From the NCBI GenBank assembly GCA_963809895.1, contig CAWELD010000010.1:640001-704000 (forward strand): a DNA stretch of 64,000 nt, given 5' to 3'. Positions 10,235-20,522 of the stretch are shown here, piece after piece (within the stretch, counting starts at the first letter, position 1; the number at the start of each line of letters is the position of its first letter). The notes beneath the pieces were generated by a model that saw nothing but the letters and a program-made list of their open reading frames with translations, did no database searches and was not told where the DNA came from. Both the position numbers and the translations under genes were made by a program. This stretch comes from an uncultured Gemmatimonadales bacterium. GTDB taxonomy: Bacteria > Gemmatimonadota > Gemmatimonadetes > Longimicrobiales > Gaopeijiaceae.

Positions 10235-10628
10235 TTCCCTTGTACGCCACAGCGGCGAATTCCTCGTCCCCCTGATCGAGGATCCGGTCCTCGCAGAGGC
10301 TTTTGAGCGAGGCGTGGGAAGCTGGTCCGCCTTGACCTCCGGGGAGCAGACTCGCGTCAACTACCTGTTCACGCAGCTCCTTCGGACCTGGGAGAACGTC
10401 TTCTATCAGCACCGGCAGGGCACCCTCGAGGAAGGGCTGTGGGTCTCGTGGCGGCACGTCATGGTGTCCTACTTTCACCAACCCGGAGTCCAGGATTGGT
10501 GGAAGAATCGAGGGGATGCGTATTCCGTCGATTTCCGCTCGTTTCTGGAAGGATCAACGCCAGTGAGCGTCGCGATTCGAACGACACAGCAGCTCAGGAG
10601 TACGGGCTCGCCAGCAACGGGGGCCTGA
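10110..10628 (+). CDS. QVRQNT-family membrane protein
   Basis: GVIVSLAYLAVQVRQNT, WENVFYQHRQGTL, PGVQDWW; RBS GGAGG before GTG. Confidence 0.75.
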   Translation: MTLEAITLVAQIAGILGVIVSLAYLAVQVRQNTLSVRSATYDSLVRHSGEFLVPLIEDPVLAEAFERGVGSWSALTSGEQTRVNYLFTQLLRTWENVFYQHRQGTLEEGLWVSWRHVMVSYFHQPGVQDWWKNRGDAYSVDFRSFLEGSTPVSVAIRTTQQLRSTGSPATGA

Positions 10629-10679
10629 CCTGGACTACGTAGGAAGCTCGTGACCGCGCATCCATCGACGGGAGCCGTC

Positions 10680-11173
10680 CGTATCGTAGCAAGTAGCGAT
10701 GTGCTCACGCTGCTTCGCTGAGCTCGGCGCAGGAATCGCCGGATTCAGCGGCATTGTGGTGGCCCTGGACAGCCGACCCGTGTCCCAGTGGTCCCAAACC
10801 GGCGGGCGGGCCTACGGTCGCTCCTTCAGGTGAGCGCCGTCATCGTCCTGTTCTCGCTCTTCCCATGATCCTGGGGCGGCGGATTGCCGAGCCTGGTCTA
10901 TGGTCCTGGGCCTTGATGGCGTATGGATTGGGTCACGTGGGCGACGTTCTCTCGTTCCTGCTGCATCACGACTCCCAGACCCCTCGGGCCGTGAAGATGG
11001 GGGCGCGGTTCGGGCTCGCAGTGGCACTGACCCAGTTGGTCGTGGCGTTCGTCGCTCCATCGAGTACCGCGGAGATGGTCTACCTCGGCGTCCTCACCTG
11101 GCACCTCGTCGTAGCCGCCGGCAGCTTCGCGTTCCTCCTCTACGCACACGACACCGAGCTCGCGGACCCGTGA
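10680..11173 (+). pseudogene. AGFSG-family membrane protein, frameshifted
   Basis: AELGAGIAGFSGIVVALD near 10716-10770 resembles the N-terminus of 13357; TM helices continue in the 10754 frame. Confidence 0.55.
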
Positions 11174-11249
11174 GGGCTCCGTGGTCCAGATTCAAGTCGC
11201 CTATCCCGCAGAAATCGTCGGGGTCCCGTTCCTGACGAGGACTCGCGAG

Positions 11250-11566
11250 GAATGGTGAACGGCGAAGCGGACGGACGGAACGTCATGCCACGGGGCGGCC
11301 ATGGGGCGGGATTACTGTGCAGCGGTTGCCGCTGGCACCGTGGTTGCATGGATGGTCAGCGCCGAGCCGAACATTCACGGCGGTGGATCGGCCGACGCGT
11401 GGAGATCGTCACTTCGGGCCGCTCCGGCATGGGGAGAGACGGAAGGCTGGGACGTCGCGACCCAGCCCGAGGTCTCGATCGGCTCTCTCGACGGCGAGCG
11501 CCCGGTAGCGGCTCGGATCAAGTCGCCGGCGCGACGCGCATGCCCGATGGGAGGATCGTGCTCCTG
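11250..11566 (+). repeat. Copy 1 of a ~315-bp imperfect direct repeat; decayed 5' end of a beta-propeller lipoprotein gene
   Basis: Shares exact blocks with 12050-12363 (CCGCTCCGGCATGGGGAGAGAC, CGATCGGCTCTCTCGACGGCGAGC, GCCGGCGCGACGCGCATGCCCGATGGGAG). Confidence 0.85.
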
Positions 11567-12049
11567 CGCGGCCGTGAGCCAGGTCAGTCCGATACTACGA
11601 CCCGAGCAGTGGAGTATCGGGATCACGGCTGCGGAGCTGAGGGCTCGGCACAGGGACCCCGGGGACTCGCGGCCGGGCGGAGACAGCCGTCTCCTGGCCG
11701 ACAGTAATCTCGATGTCGAGAGCCGGACCTTGGAAGGTCAGCGCGCTCGATGGCTATGCCGGAGACTCGCGCCGCCAATTCACCGTGTGATGACGTATGA
11801 ACGCAAGCGTGGCATCCTTCTGGAGGGAGTGGCGTGAGGCGGCGGAGGCAGCGTGCACGGTACCACTGGATGCGGTTCGGGCCCCCTCGTGGACAGGTCG
11901 AGCGGTGTCCGACGTGGCGAGGCAAAGGCGGACCGACGGGTTGCGACGGCCACGAGGTGGATACGGTGGGCGTGGTCCACGGATTCAGCCTCGATGTGCT
12001 TCTCGGTGCCATGGGAAGTGCCGTCACTACCGGAGGAGATCGGCGAGGT

Positions 12050-12363
12050 GAATGTGGGTGAACGGAGAAGCGGACGGACGAGCTCATACCACGGGCCGCC
12101 ATGCGGTTGCTGTGCGTTGGTTGCCGCTGGCATCGTGCCGGTTGCGAGCGGATGGTCAGCACCGGGCCGCCACCCCACGGCGGTGGATTCGGCCGGTGTG
12201 GAGATCGTCACATCGACCGCTCCGGCATGGGGAGAGACCGCGGGGCTGGGACGTCGTGACCCAACCCGAGGTACGATCGGCTCTCTCGACGGCGAGCAGC
12301 CCGTACCTGCTCGACGACGTGGCCGGCGCGACGCGCATGCCCGATGGGAGAATCGTCCTTCTG
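12050..12363 (+). repeat. Copy 2 of the direct repeat; decayed propeller gene 5' end
   Basis: Across frames encodes VDSAGVEIVTSTAPAWGE..QPEV.IGSLDGEQPYLLDDVAGATRMPDGRIVLLNAGD. Confidence 0.85.
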
Positions 12364-12486
12364 AACGCCGGAGACGGGTGTGCGGACGGACGAATTGGGT
12401 GTGGAGTACGCTGAGGTCTACTCGCTGCGGCGAGACCGGTAACGGGGCGGAATGGACGCCCTCGCCCGACAAGGAGGGGTGAGCGG

Positions 12487-13197
12487 ATGGGTGACTACGC
12501 GAGCGCGGCAGATTTCTACGATCTCCTCTACGAAGGTGAGAAGGACTACGCCGCCGAGGCGGCGTTACTGCGCGACGAGATCTTGGCGGCATGCCCATCC
12601 GCGCGCTCCATTCTCGATGTGGGATGCGGCACGGGCGCGCACGCGCGAGCCCTGATCGATGCGGGATTCCAGGTCGACGGAATCGACCTCGAGCCGCGCT
12701 TCGTGGAGATAGCGCGCGCGAAATGCCCGGAAGGGCGATTCGAGGTGGGCGACATGACCGACTTCCACCTAGGTCGACGGTACGATGTGGTAACCAGCCT
12801 CTTTTCGGCCATCGGCTATGCCGGCACAGAGGCCAGACTGCTCGGCGCCATCCGGTGCATGGCCAGTCACCTCGACGAGTCCGCTGTCCTGATCGTGGAT
12901 CCCTGGTTCGAGCCCGGTCAGCTCACGGACGGATGGATCACGACCGTTGTGGGGAAGCGCGACGGCCTCACCGTGTGCCGAATGTCACGCACCGTCCTCG
13001 ATGGGCCGATGTCCCGCCTGGAATTCGAGTACCTCATCGGGTCGTCTGCGGGAATCGAGCGCCAGAGCGAGGTGCACGAGCTCGGCCTCTTCTCGGAAGA
13101 CCAGATGAAGCGCGCATTCGCGTCGGCCGGGCTGGAAGTCGAACGGAGGCCGGAAGCACTGCGCACCCGCGGGCTCTACGTCGGACGCGTCGCATAG
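12487..13197 (+). CDS. Class I SAM methyltransferase (TylM1/DesVI-like N-methyltransferase family)
   Basis: YDLLY..KDYAAEA, LDVGCGTG, FSAIGY, VDPWF. Confidence 0.85.
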   Translation: MGDYASAADFYDLLYEGEKDYAAEAALLRDEILAACPSARSILDVGCGTGAHARALIDAGFQVDGIDLEPRFVEIARAKCPEGRFEVGDMTDFHLGRRYDVVTSLFSAIGYAGTEARLLGAIRCMASHLDESAVLIVDPWFEPGQLTDGWITTVVGKRDGLTVCRMSRTVLDGPMSRLEFEYLIGSSAGIERQSEVHELGLFSEDQMKRAFASAGLEVERRPEALRTRGLYVGRVA

Positions 13198-13356
13198 GGT
13201 CTTGCCGACGATCAGACTTCTCGCGTGCGAGGCGCACGCATCGCATGTTCAGGCGCACAATCGACGTGCCGCATGGTTCGGTGGGCCTTTCGAGGAGATG
13301 GCGCAAACCCGTGATGAGACGAGGCACTGGATGCATCTGAGCCACCGGCGAGTCGC

Positions 13357-13879
13357 ATGATCGAGGGCGGAGAGGTTCTGCTCGCCATGGCGCAGGTGGC
13401 GATCGGACTCGCGGGATTCTCCGGGGTGGTCGCCGCCTTCAGTCGGACGCGGGACTTTCCGCCCGAGGATCGGGTCCGATTTCTCATGTTGGTTGGAGGC
13501 GCGTTCTTCGTCATCCTCCTGGCGTTCGTTCCGTTCCTTCTCGACCTCGGCGGCATGACGGAACGTGGGATGTGGCGATGGTCCAGCGGGATATGGATTC
13601 TCGGATTCGTCGGTCTGCACGCCCCTCCTGGCAATCGGACGCGGTGTCATCATGCGCCAAGGCCGGCCCGCGCCCGGGTGGTCGATCCTGCTGATCCTCG
13701 TGGCGGCGATGGCCGCCGCGCTCGCGCAGGTCGGCAACATCCTCGGCTGGCCGTATGCGCCGGGGCCGGTGCCGTTCCTACTCGGCCTGATGGTCGGGCT
13801 CGTCGGAAGCGGGTCGATCTTCGTGTATCTCGTGCTGATCCGACCGGAGACTGATGAATCGGTGGGCGGGGATGTCTGA
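13357..13879 (+). pseudogene. AGFSG-family membrane protein, frameshifted near 13620
   Basis: LLAMAQVAIGLAGFSGVVAAF; TM helices continue in the 13565 frame. Confidence 0.6.
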
Positions 13880-16547
13880 TCCTTCGTCCCGCCTGGCCGC
13901 TGCCCTCGGCGACCGGTACGCCCTCGATCGCGAGCTCGGCGAAGGGGGCATGGCGTCGGTGTACCTCGCCCAGGACCTGAAGCACGACAGGCAGGTGGCG
14001 CTGAAGGTCCTGAAGCCCGAGCTCGCCGCCGTGGTAGGCGGCGAGCGCTTCATCGCCGAGATCCGCACGACGGCCAATCTCCAGCACCCCCACATCCTCC
14101 CGCTCTTCGACAGTGGACAGGACGACGGCCTGCTCTGGTACGCCATGCCGTACATCGAGGGGGAGTCGCTCCGGGATCGGCTGGAGCGGGAGGGCCAACT
14201 CCCCGTCGACGAAGCGGTGGCCATCGCGACCAAGGTGGCGGGTGCCCTGCAAGCTGCCCACGATCAAGGCATCATCCACCGGGACATCAAGCCGGCCAAC
14301 ATTCTTCTGGCCAACGGCGAGCCCCTGGTGGCGGATTTCGGGATCGCCCTGGCGGTGCAGGAGGCCGGGGGCGGTCGCCTCACGGAGACCGGCCTGAGCG
14401 TGGGGACGCCGTTCTACATGTCCCCGGAGCAGGCCACGGCGGAGCGGACGCCCGACGCTCGGGCCGACGTATACTCGCTGGGATGTGTGCTCTACGAGAT
14501 GCTGACCGGGGAGCCGCCCTTCACAGGGAGCTCGGCGCAGGCGGTGCTGGGACGGATCCTCACCCAGGATGCGCGACCAGTTACCGAGCAGCGGCCTACG
14601 GTGCCCGGCAACGTGGCCGCCGCGGTGCATACCGCCCTTCAGAAGCTCCCGGCGGACCGGTTCCGATCGGCGTCGGAATTCGCCCAGGCGCTTCGGACCT
14701 CCACGTTCTCCTCGCCCGGAGCGGTGGCAGCAGCCGGAGGCCCGGTCAACCGTGGCCGGCGTGTCGTGCCGTGGGCCGTGGCCGCCATCGCAACGGCCGC
14801 CGCGCTCCTCATGGCGCTACGCCCGAGCTCTGAGACCCAGGTACCCGAGCCCGTGCGCTTCAACCTCGAGAAGCCTGCGGATGCCGTCCAAGGGTGGCGC
14901 AGGGTGCTCGACATCTCGCGAGACGGGCGCACCGTGGTATTCCTGGGCCGGGATCAGGACGGGCGCTCCCTGTTTCGCCGTGACCTGGCCACCCCGGGCG
15001 TGCGGCCCATCGCGGGAACACGGGGAGGAGAATACCCCACCATCTCGCCCGACGGCCGCTGGGTGGCGTTCGTGGCGGAGGATGGCCAGGTCTACCGGAC
15101 ACCCCTGGACGGGGGGACGGCTACGCAGATTGGTACGCTGCCCAACCCGCCCATCGGCATCTCTTGGGAGGGGAACGGTCGCCTCGAATTCGGAATGTTG
15201 GCCTTCGATGGCGACTACCCGGGGCTGACCACCATGGATGTGGCCACAGGCCGCCTCGAGGTGCGCACGCAGCCGCGCGTGGATGGTGGCGGGATGCAAC
15301 ACGAGCCCTATGTCCTCCCGGGCGGCAAACGGGAGCTCTTCATCGACTTTCCGGAGTCGCGTGAGGAGCCAGTGGGCCTGGGGATCCTGGACTTCTCCAC
15401 CAACGAAACGCGTCGGCTGGATCTGGGCGGCACGCGGCTCCGGTTCACCCGCTCGATCGTCGGCGTGAGCGGCGACAAGCTGCTGTTCATGGATGACAGC
15501 GATCGCCTCATGGCCGTGAAGTGGGACAACGAGCGGGGGGAGACTGTCGGAGTGCCCGTCGCCGTCGACGGGGTACCGGATGCGTTGGCCGAGGCGTCGC
15601 TGTCACCCTCCGGGGTGCTGGTCATGCTCCTGGCCGGGGAGGCCTTCCGGCCGGTCCTCGTCGACGACCGAGGGCGCGTGGTGCGCGAGTTGTGGGAGGG
15701 GCGCGTGAACTCGTTCTTTCCGCGGGTCGGGCCTGACGGCGATCGGGTGGCGGTAGGGATGGCCGGCTTCCGGGACCGGGACGACGTGTGGATCCTGGAC
15801 GCGAGCTCGGGGGCGCTGACCCCCATGGGGATCGGATTCGATCAAGCGCCGGCGTGGACGCTCGACGGGCGCGAGATCCTCAACGATCAGCCCTTCAGCG
15901 CGGAGGACGGGACCCAAATGAGGCGGATCCGTGCCATCGCGCTGGACGGCGGTGGGGCCGTGAGGACGCTGGCGGAGATCCGCACGGAGTCCGTGGAGGC
16001 CATCGACGTCCATCCGGGAGACGGGGCTCTGGTGCTGGACGTGAACAACGGCACCAATCCCACCATGAGCCAGATGGACATTGCGATGCTGTCCGCCGGG
16101 AGCGACTCCCTGCACCCGGTTGTCGGCGGACCCGGACAGGAGGTTGCTCCCCGCTTGTCACCCGATGGGCGCTGGCTCGCCTACACCCTGGTCGAAGGAG
16201 GGCGAGCCCAGGTCATGGTGCGGGCCTTCCCCCACGGGGACCGGGCGGTGCCCATCGCCCCGGAGCAGGGGGGCATGCCCGTGTGGGATCCCTCCGGAAC
16301 CCGTCTCTACTACCGCACGGAAGACGGCCTTTCCGCCGCCACGCTCAGCTTCCAGGGAGGCACACCGCGGGTCACCGAACGCGAGCCCCTGTTCAGCGCA
16401 CCCATGTTCGGGGCGCCCGGCGACAACGTGGCCACGTACGACGTTCTCCCGGGAGGATTCGTCGTCGCGCTGGACGAAACGCGGACCAGCGGGCGTCTGG
16501 TGGTATGGAAAGACTGGATCCAGGAGCTGGACGCTTCGCTGCGATGA
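13872..16547 (+). CDS. Ser/Thr protein kinase with TM helix and TolB/PD40 beta-propeller
   Basis: GEGGMASVY, VALK, HRDIKPANIL, DFG, GTPFYMSPEQ; ISPDGRWVAF and LSPDGRWLAY repeats. Confidence 0.95.
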   Translation: MSDPSSRLAAALGDRYALDRELGEGGMASVYLAQDLKHDRQVALKVLKPELAAVVGGERFIAEIRTTANLQHPHILPLFDSGQDDGLLWYAMPYIEGESLRDRLEREGQLPVDEAVAIATKVAGALQAAHDQGIIHRDIKPANILLANGEPLVADFGIALAVQEAGGGRLTETGLSVGTPFYMSPEQATAERTPDARADVYSLGCVLYEMLTGEPPFTGSSAQAVLGRILTQDARPVTEQRPTVPGNVAAAVHTALQKLPADRFRSASEFAQALRTSTFSSPGAVAAAGGPVNRGRRVVPWAVAAIATAAALLMALRPSSETQVPEPVRFNLEKPADAVQGWRRVLDISRDGRTVVFLGRDQDGRSLFRRDLATPGVRPIAGTRGGEYPTISPDGRWVAFVAEDGQVYRTPLDGGTATQIGTLPNPPIGISWEGNGRLEFGMLAFDGDYPGLTTMDVATGRLEVRTQPRVDGGGMQHEPYVLPGGKRELFIDFPESREEPVGLGILDFSTNETRRLDLGGTRLRFTRSIVGVSGDKLLFMDDSDRLMAVKWDNERGETVGVPVAVDGVPDALAEASLSPSGVLVMLLAGEAFRPVLVDDRGRVVRELWEGRVNSFFPRVGPDGDRVAVGMAGFRDRDDVWILDASSGALTPMGIGFDQAPAWTLDGREILNDQPFSAEDGTQMRRIRAIALDGGGAVRTLAEIRTESVEAIDVHPGDGALVLDVNNGTNPTMSQMDIAMLSAGSDSLHPVVGGPGQEVAPRLSPDGRWLAYTLVEGGRAQVMVRAFPHGDRAVPIAPEQGGMPVWDPSGTRLYYRTEDGLSAATLSFQGGTPRVTEREPLFSAPMFGAPGDNVATYDVLPGGFVVALDETRTSGRLVVWKDWIQELDASLR

Positions 16548-16608
16548 GCCGAGCAGAGCTCGATCCGTGACTCCGAAGCTCACGCCGCAGGCGGACGTAG
16601 TCTAATTG

Positions 16609-16842
16609 ATGAGCATCGTCTACTTTGCCGCGGGTCTTGCGATAGGGTTGACTCTCGGTCGTCTCCGGGCGTCCGGAAGGTTGGCGCATGGATCCGTGTC
16701 CGCCGAGCCCGAGCCCTCTGATGAAGAGATCGAGCGTCGCACTCGCGAGGAGCGGCTACACGCAGTCCTCTCCGGAGAGAGAACGCCGACGCCTGAGGAG
16801 AGGCGCGAGCTCGCAGCTCGACGGCAGAGCGAGGAGCAGTAG
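16609..16842 (+). CDS. Small membrane-anchored hypothetical protein
   Basis: N-terminal TM helix followed by a charged helical tail. Confidence 0.5.
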   Translation: MSIVYFAAGLAIGLTLGRLRASGRLAHGSVSAEPEPSDEEIERRTREERLHAVLSGERTPTPEERRELAARRQSEEQ

Positions 16843-16874
16843 TCTCGATGGCACCCCGATCCGGTCTCTGACCC

Positions 16875-17564
16875 ATGCGCTTCCTGACATTTTCCATCCT
16901 TCTGGCTCTTCCCGCTCCCTGTCTGGCGCAGTCAGCTCCGACGGTCACGGTGATCGGCCGCGGCGAGGTCGCCCTGGTCCCCGACTTCGCAACCCTCTCG
17001 GTCGGTGTCCGCGTGCAGCAACCGACTCCAGAAGCGGCGGCTGCGGCAATGTCCGAAAGCATCGATGCCGTCGTCGACACGCTCGTGTCTCTGGGATTCC
17101 CTCGAGACTCCCTGCCGACACGGGTCTTCGGGATCACCGCGGATCGCGCCTATCAGGAGGGGAACCGCATCACAGGCTACACGTCCCAGGTTACCCTCGA
17201 CCTCCGAACCTCCGAGCTCGATCGACTGGCCGAGTTCGTGGGTGCGGCGATCGCAGCCGGTGCTACGGACATCGGACAAGTCCAGTGGGGCTCCACCGAG
17301 GCCGAGGCGGGGCGACGCGAGGCGCTGCGGCTGGCGGTGATCAATGCCCAGGCCGATGCCGAGGTGATCGCCGATGCGCGTTCAAGCAATCTCGGTGAGC
17401 TCGTCGACATTTCGGTCGAAGGAGCAAACCCGGACCAGGTGATGTTCCGGCGACGCACCGCCGACATCGAGATTCTTCCACCGCCGGTGACTCCTTCAGC
17501 GCTCATCCCACAGGTGATCAAGGTGACCATGGCCGTGGTCGGGACATGGCGCCTGGGTTCTTGA
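16875..17564 (+). CDS. SIMPL (DUF541) domain periplasmic protein
   Basis: Signal peptide; VTVIGRGEVALVPDFATLSVGV, AIAAGA, REALRLAV..A.A.AEVIA. Confidence 0.85.
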   Translation: MRFLTFSILLALPAPCLAQSAPTVTVIGRGEVALVPDFATLSVGVRVQQPTPEAAAAAMSESIDAVVDTLVSLGFPRDSLPTRVFGITADRAYQEGNRITGYTSQVTLDLRTSELDRLAEFVGAAIAAGATDIGQVQWGSTEAEAGRREALRLAVINAQADAEVIADARSSNLGELVDISVEGANPDQVMFRRRTADIEILPPPVTPSALIPQVIKVTMAVVGTWRLGS

Positions 17565-17682
17565 TGCCCCGGGCGAGGCGACCCATGGATCCCAGCGTCG
17601 AAGGTACCGTCCGGCGTGGCGTCGCGGCCCTCACGTGGGTCGAAGAGTGGCTGGAGACGGGGGATGTCTATCCGGTGAGTCG

Positions 17683-18294
17683 ATGATGAGGCATGCCACG
17701 GAATCGCAGGGCAGGCGAGCGAGGGTCGTGGTCGGTGTGTCGGCGCTCGTCGCCGCATTCACGCCCATCGCCATACCCGTGCCTGCGGCCGCACAGCTGA
17801 CCCCTGCGGACTCACTCCAGATCATCCAGAAGGTCGTCCAGATTCGCACGGGCTGGATGAATCGGCAGCTCAAGTTCCAGGCATGCTCGGTCTTCGAGTT
17901 CAGTGGGCGACCGAGCGATCTCCGTGCTGCGTTTCCGGGTGCTGACCGCACGCTCGACCTGCCGGACTCGCCGTGCCCTCCTCCGGATTGTCCCTACCCA
18001 AGCGCCGTGATCACAGATCTCGAGGTGGCCGGAGACTCGGTGGTCGTCTCGGTCGCCATTGAGGAACAAGAAAACATCCACGAGGAGGTCTTCGTTGTCC
18101 GTGAAGACCCGAGCCCGAGCCGCACCTGGTGGTATGTGGACAGCGTCAGGGCCTTCGGATTCGTCCGCATACGTCGGCCATGGATCGAAGGCTGCCGGGG
18201 CCCCGGGGTCTCGAGGACAATGTCCGATGACCCCCCATCGATTGCCCGGTCAGTGTATCTTCATAATGCTCGCGATCGGCATCCTGACCGATGA
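17683..18294 (+). CDS. Exported hypothetical protein
   Basis: Signal peptide ending AAAQ; ATGA overlap with the next gene. Confidence 0.55.
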   Translation: MMRHATESQGRRARVVVGVSALVAAFTPIAIPVPAAAQLTPADSLQIIQKVVQIRTGWMNRQLKFQACSVFEFSGRPSDLRAAFPGADRTLDLPDSPCPPPDCPYPSAVITDLEVAGDSVVVSVAIEEQENIHEEVFVVREDPSPSRTWWYVDSVRAFGFVRIRRPWIEGCRGPGVSRTMSDDPPSIARSVYLHNARDRHPDR

Positions 18295-18788
18295 AGACGC
18301 TCGCTAGGCTGAGTTTGGCCGCTGGTCTGGCCTTCGCGGCTTGTTCCTCCTCTGGTGGGGCCCTGCCACCCGACCATCCTGAGGCCCTACCCATCCACGG
18401 GACCAGCGCCACGGGGCCCGTTGATTTGGCGGCACGGGTCGCCTGGGAGGGCGACAGCGTCCTGGTCGTGTCCGTCCGAGTCGCCAATCTCGACACGGAG
18501 ACTATTCGTCTGGAGAGGGGACACTGCCCCTTCAGCGTCCGCGCCTTTGCCAATCCCCAACTGGAGGAGCCTGCCTTCTGGGATGATCACTTCACCGCGG
18601 AGGTCTATTGCACGGATGAACTCATCATCGACGAAATCCCTCCAGGAGACATGCGACAGGTGGTCGATCGGAGGGCCAGCGACATCATCGCGCTGGGCCT
18701 GCCCGCGGCCCCCGGTTACTACGGTGTGGTTGTGGTCCTGAACGGGGAGCGCCGCGTATTGGATGCCGGCCGCCTCGGACGACCCTGA
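18291..18788 (+). CDS. Hypothetical lipoprotein (beta-rich)
   Basis: Lipobox FAAC. Confidence 0.65.
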   Translation: MKTLARLSLAAGLAFAACSSSGGALPPDHPEALPIHGTSATGPVDLAARVAWEGDSVLVVSVRVANLDTETIRLERGHCPFSVRAFANPQLEEPAFWDDHFTAEVYCTDELIIDEIPPGDMRQVVDRRASDIIALGLPAAPGYYGVVVVLNGERRVLDAGRLGRP

Positions 18789-18853
18789 CAGCGACCGGAT
18801 GGACATGACCCCGGACCGAAGCGATTCGAATCCCTGGCGAGTCTGAGACACGG

Positions 18854-19535
18854 ATGACACGGCGATACACCGAGGCTGAAGTCCGGATGATTCTCGACAG
18901 AGCGGTCGAGGTGGGCGACGTGGAGGCGCCCTCTTCACGCGACGGCATGTCTCTGGAAGAGATCAAGGAGATCGGTGCCGAAGTCGGGATCGAGGGGACC
19001 AGCATCGAGCGGGCCGCGCAATCCCTTCAAACCCGGCCAACCGGCTCGCGATCCTCCTTGTCCGGTGGGGCCGTTTCGCTTCATTCCGAGATCCAGGTCG
19101 CGGGCGATCTCACCTCGGTCTCGACCAGCGCGATCCTGTCTCTGATTCGACGAGAAATGGGGCGGCAGGGGGATCTCTCGGAGGTCGGGGGACTCCTCGA
19201 GTGGCGGTCCACGGGCGAACTGAGCGATGAGACCATCACTCTTTCGTCCGAGCAAGAGAGTACCACGATCACGGGGTCGGCGGACCTCCGGAACGGGGCG
19301 ATCGTGACCTTCCTTCCGGGCTCGATTCTCGGCGGGTTCGGATCGATTCTCTGGTTCATTCAGGCGGCAAACGCCGGAAACGAGATCGGGATGGTCCTGG
19401 CCCTGCTGGTCCTGCCGCTTCTCCTGCTCGACCTTGCGCCTCGTCTTCCGCCGAATCTCGCGAGCGGAGTCCGAAAAGCTCGACCGGGTTCTGGAAGAGC
19501 TCGGCGGACTGCTGGCAGAGGCGCAGGAGGAATGA
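18854..19535 (+). pseudogene. Conserved hypothetical membrane protein, frameshift near 19430; paralog of 44258
   Basis: RRYTEAEVRMILDRA..GMSLEEIKEIGAEVGI; helical C-terminus RKLDRVLEELGGLLAEAQEE* in another frame. Confidence 0.6.
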
Positions 19536-19550
19536 CCCGCGCGATCTCTC

Positions 19551-19580
19551 TTGCCATTAATTCGGTGTTTAGCTAAATAA
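19551..19580 (+). promoter_or_regulatory. Putative promoter/operator of sdpR-sdpI
   Basis: AT-rich patch: TTGCCA, 17 bp, TAAATA; palindrome TTTAGCTAAA at 19568-19577. Confidence 0.55.
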
Positions 19581-19586
19581 CAATGC

Positions 19587-19898
19587 ATGGACACCGTATT
19601 CAAGGCCCTCTCCGATCCGACGCGCCGTCGCGTGCTGCAGTTGCTGCGCGAACGACCGATGACCGCCGGCGAGCTCGCCGACGAGTTCGATCTCTCCAAG
19701 CCCACCATGTCCGGTCACTTCGCCGTATTGCGCGCGGCGAACCTGGTGGTCGCCGAGAAGCAGGGCACGACCATCACCTATTCTCTGCGGCTATCGGTTC
19801 TTCAGGACGCGTTGCTGAGCTTCGCCGACGTCTTCGGTATTGGTGAGGTTCCGGCCGATGCCGATGTCCGTGGAGGGGAATCGGCTCATGCGACGTAG
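19587..19898 (+). CDS. sdpR: ArsR/SdpR-family autorepressor
   Basis: VFKALSDPTRRRVLQLL..MTAGELA..F.LSKPTMSGHFAVL..KQGTTITYSL..SVLQDAL. Confidence 0.85.
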   Translation: MDTVFKALSDPTRRRVLQLLRERPMTAGELADEFDLSKPTMSGHFAVLRAANLVVAEKQGTTITYSLRLSVLQDALLSFADVFGIGEVPADADVRGGESAHAT

Positions 19899-20490
19899 CC
19901 GCACGCCGCAGGTGCTCTTGACCCTCGCGCTGGCGTCGAGCGCCGCCGTCGCCGCCTGGGGGTTCTGGATCGACCCCGACCGTCCGTGGCGCTGGCTCCT
20001 TCTCGGTGGCGTTCTGCCGGTCCTGTGGGCGTACGTGAAGAGGGCGCAGGTGCGCGGAGACGATCCCGAGGTCGGCGCCGCGTTGATGGTATTCCACAGG
20101 TACGTCCTCGCCTTCGCGGGGTTCATGCTCACGTCGAGGGTGGGGATCCGGCTTGCAGTCCACGAAGGCCTCCTGGATCCGACGTGGTTGTCCACGGGCC
20201 GACGGCTCGGCGCCTTGATGATGGGCGTCGGGATGATCTTGTTCGGCAATTTTCTTCCGACGCTGCGGTCGCCGTGGTCGTTGGCGAAGCAGCCGTTCGA
20301 GTGGCAACAGGTCCATCGGTTCGCTGGATGGACCTTGGTCTTGGGAGGACTCGGTGTGATCGCGTCCTGGACCTTCCTCCCGCTGGCCTCGGCGGACCGG
20401 GCCTCGGTCCTGATCGTCGTGCTTGCCTGCCTGTGTACGGTGGGGCGGAAACTCGCCTCGCTCACGACCCGCTCCCTCGGCCCCCGCTGA
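19888..20490 (+). CDS. SdpI-family immunity membrane protein
   Basis: Multi-TM; GNFLP..R.PW....W..VHRFAGW motif; overlaps the sdpR stop. Confidence 0.75.
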   Translation: MRRSRTPQVLLTLALASSAAVAAWGFWIDPDRPWRWLLLGGVLPVLWAYVKRAQVRGDDPEVGAALMVFHRYVLAFAGFMLTSRVGIRLAVHEGLLDPTWLSTGRRLGALMMGVGMILFGNFLPTLRSPWSLAKQPFEWQQVHRFAGWTLVLGGLGVIASWTFLPLASADRASVLIVVLACLCTVGRKLASLTTRSLGPR

Positions 20491-20522
20491 CCGGCCAGCA
20501 CCCTGCGACTCACGAGGAGCCG

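Noticed and set aside
12487..13197. Deoxysugar or antibiotic biosynthetic cluster around the TylM1-like methyltransferase
   Set aside because: No aminotransferase, NDP-sugar or PKS/NRPS genes nearby; it is an isolated gene.
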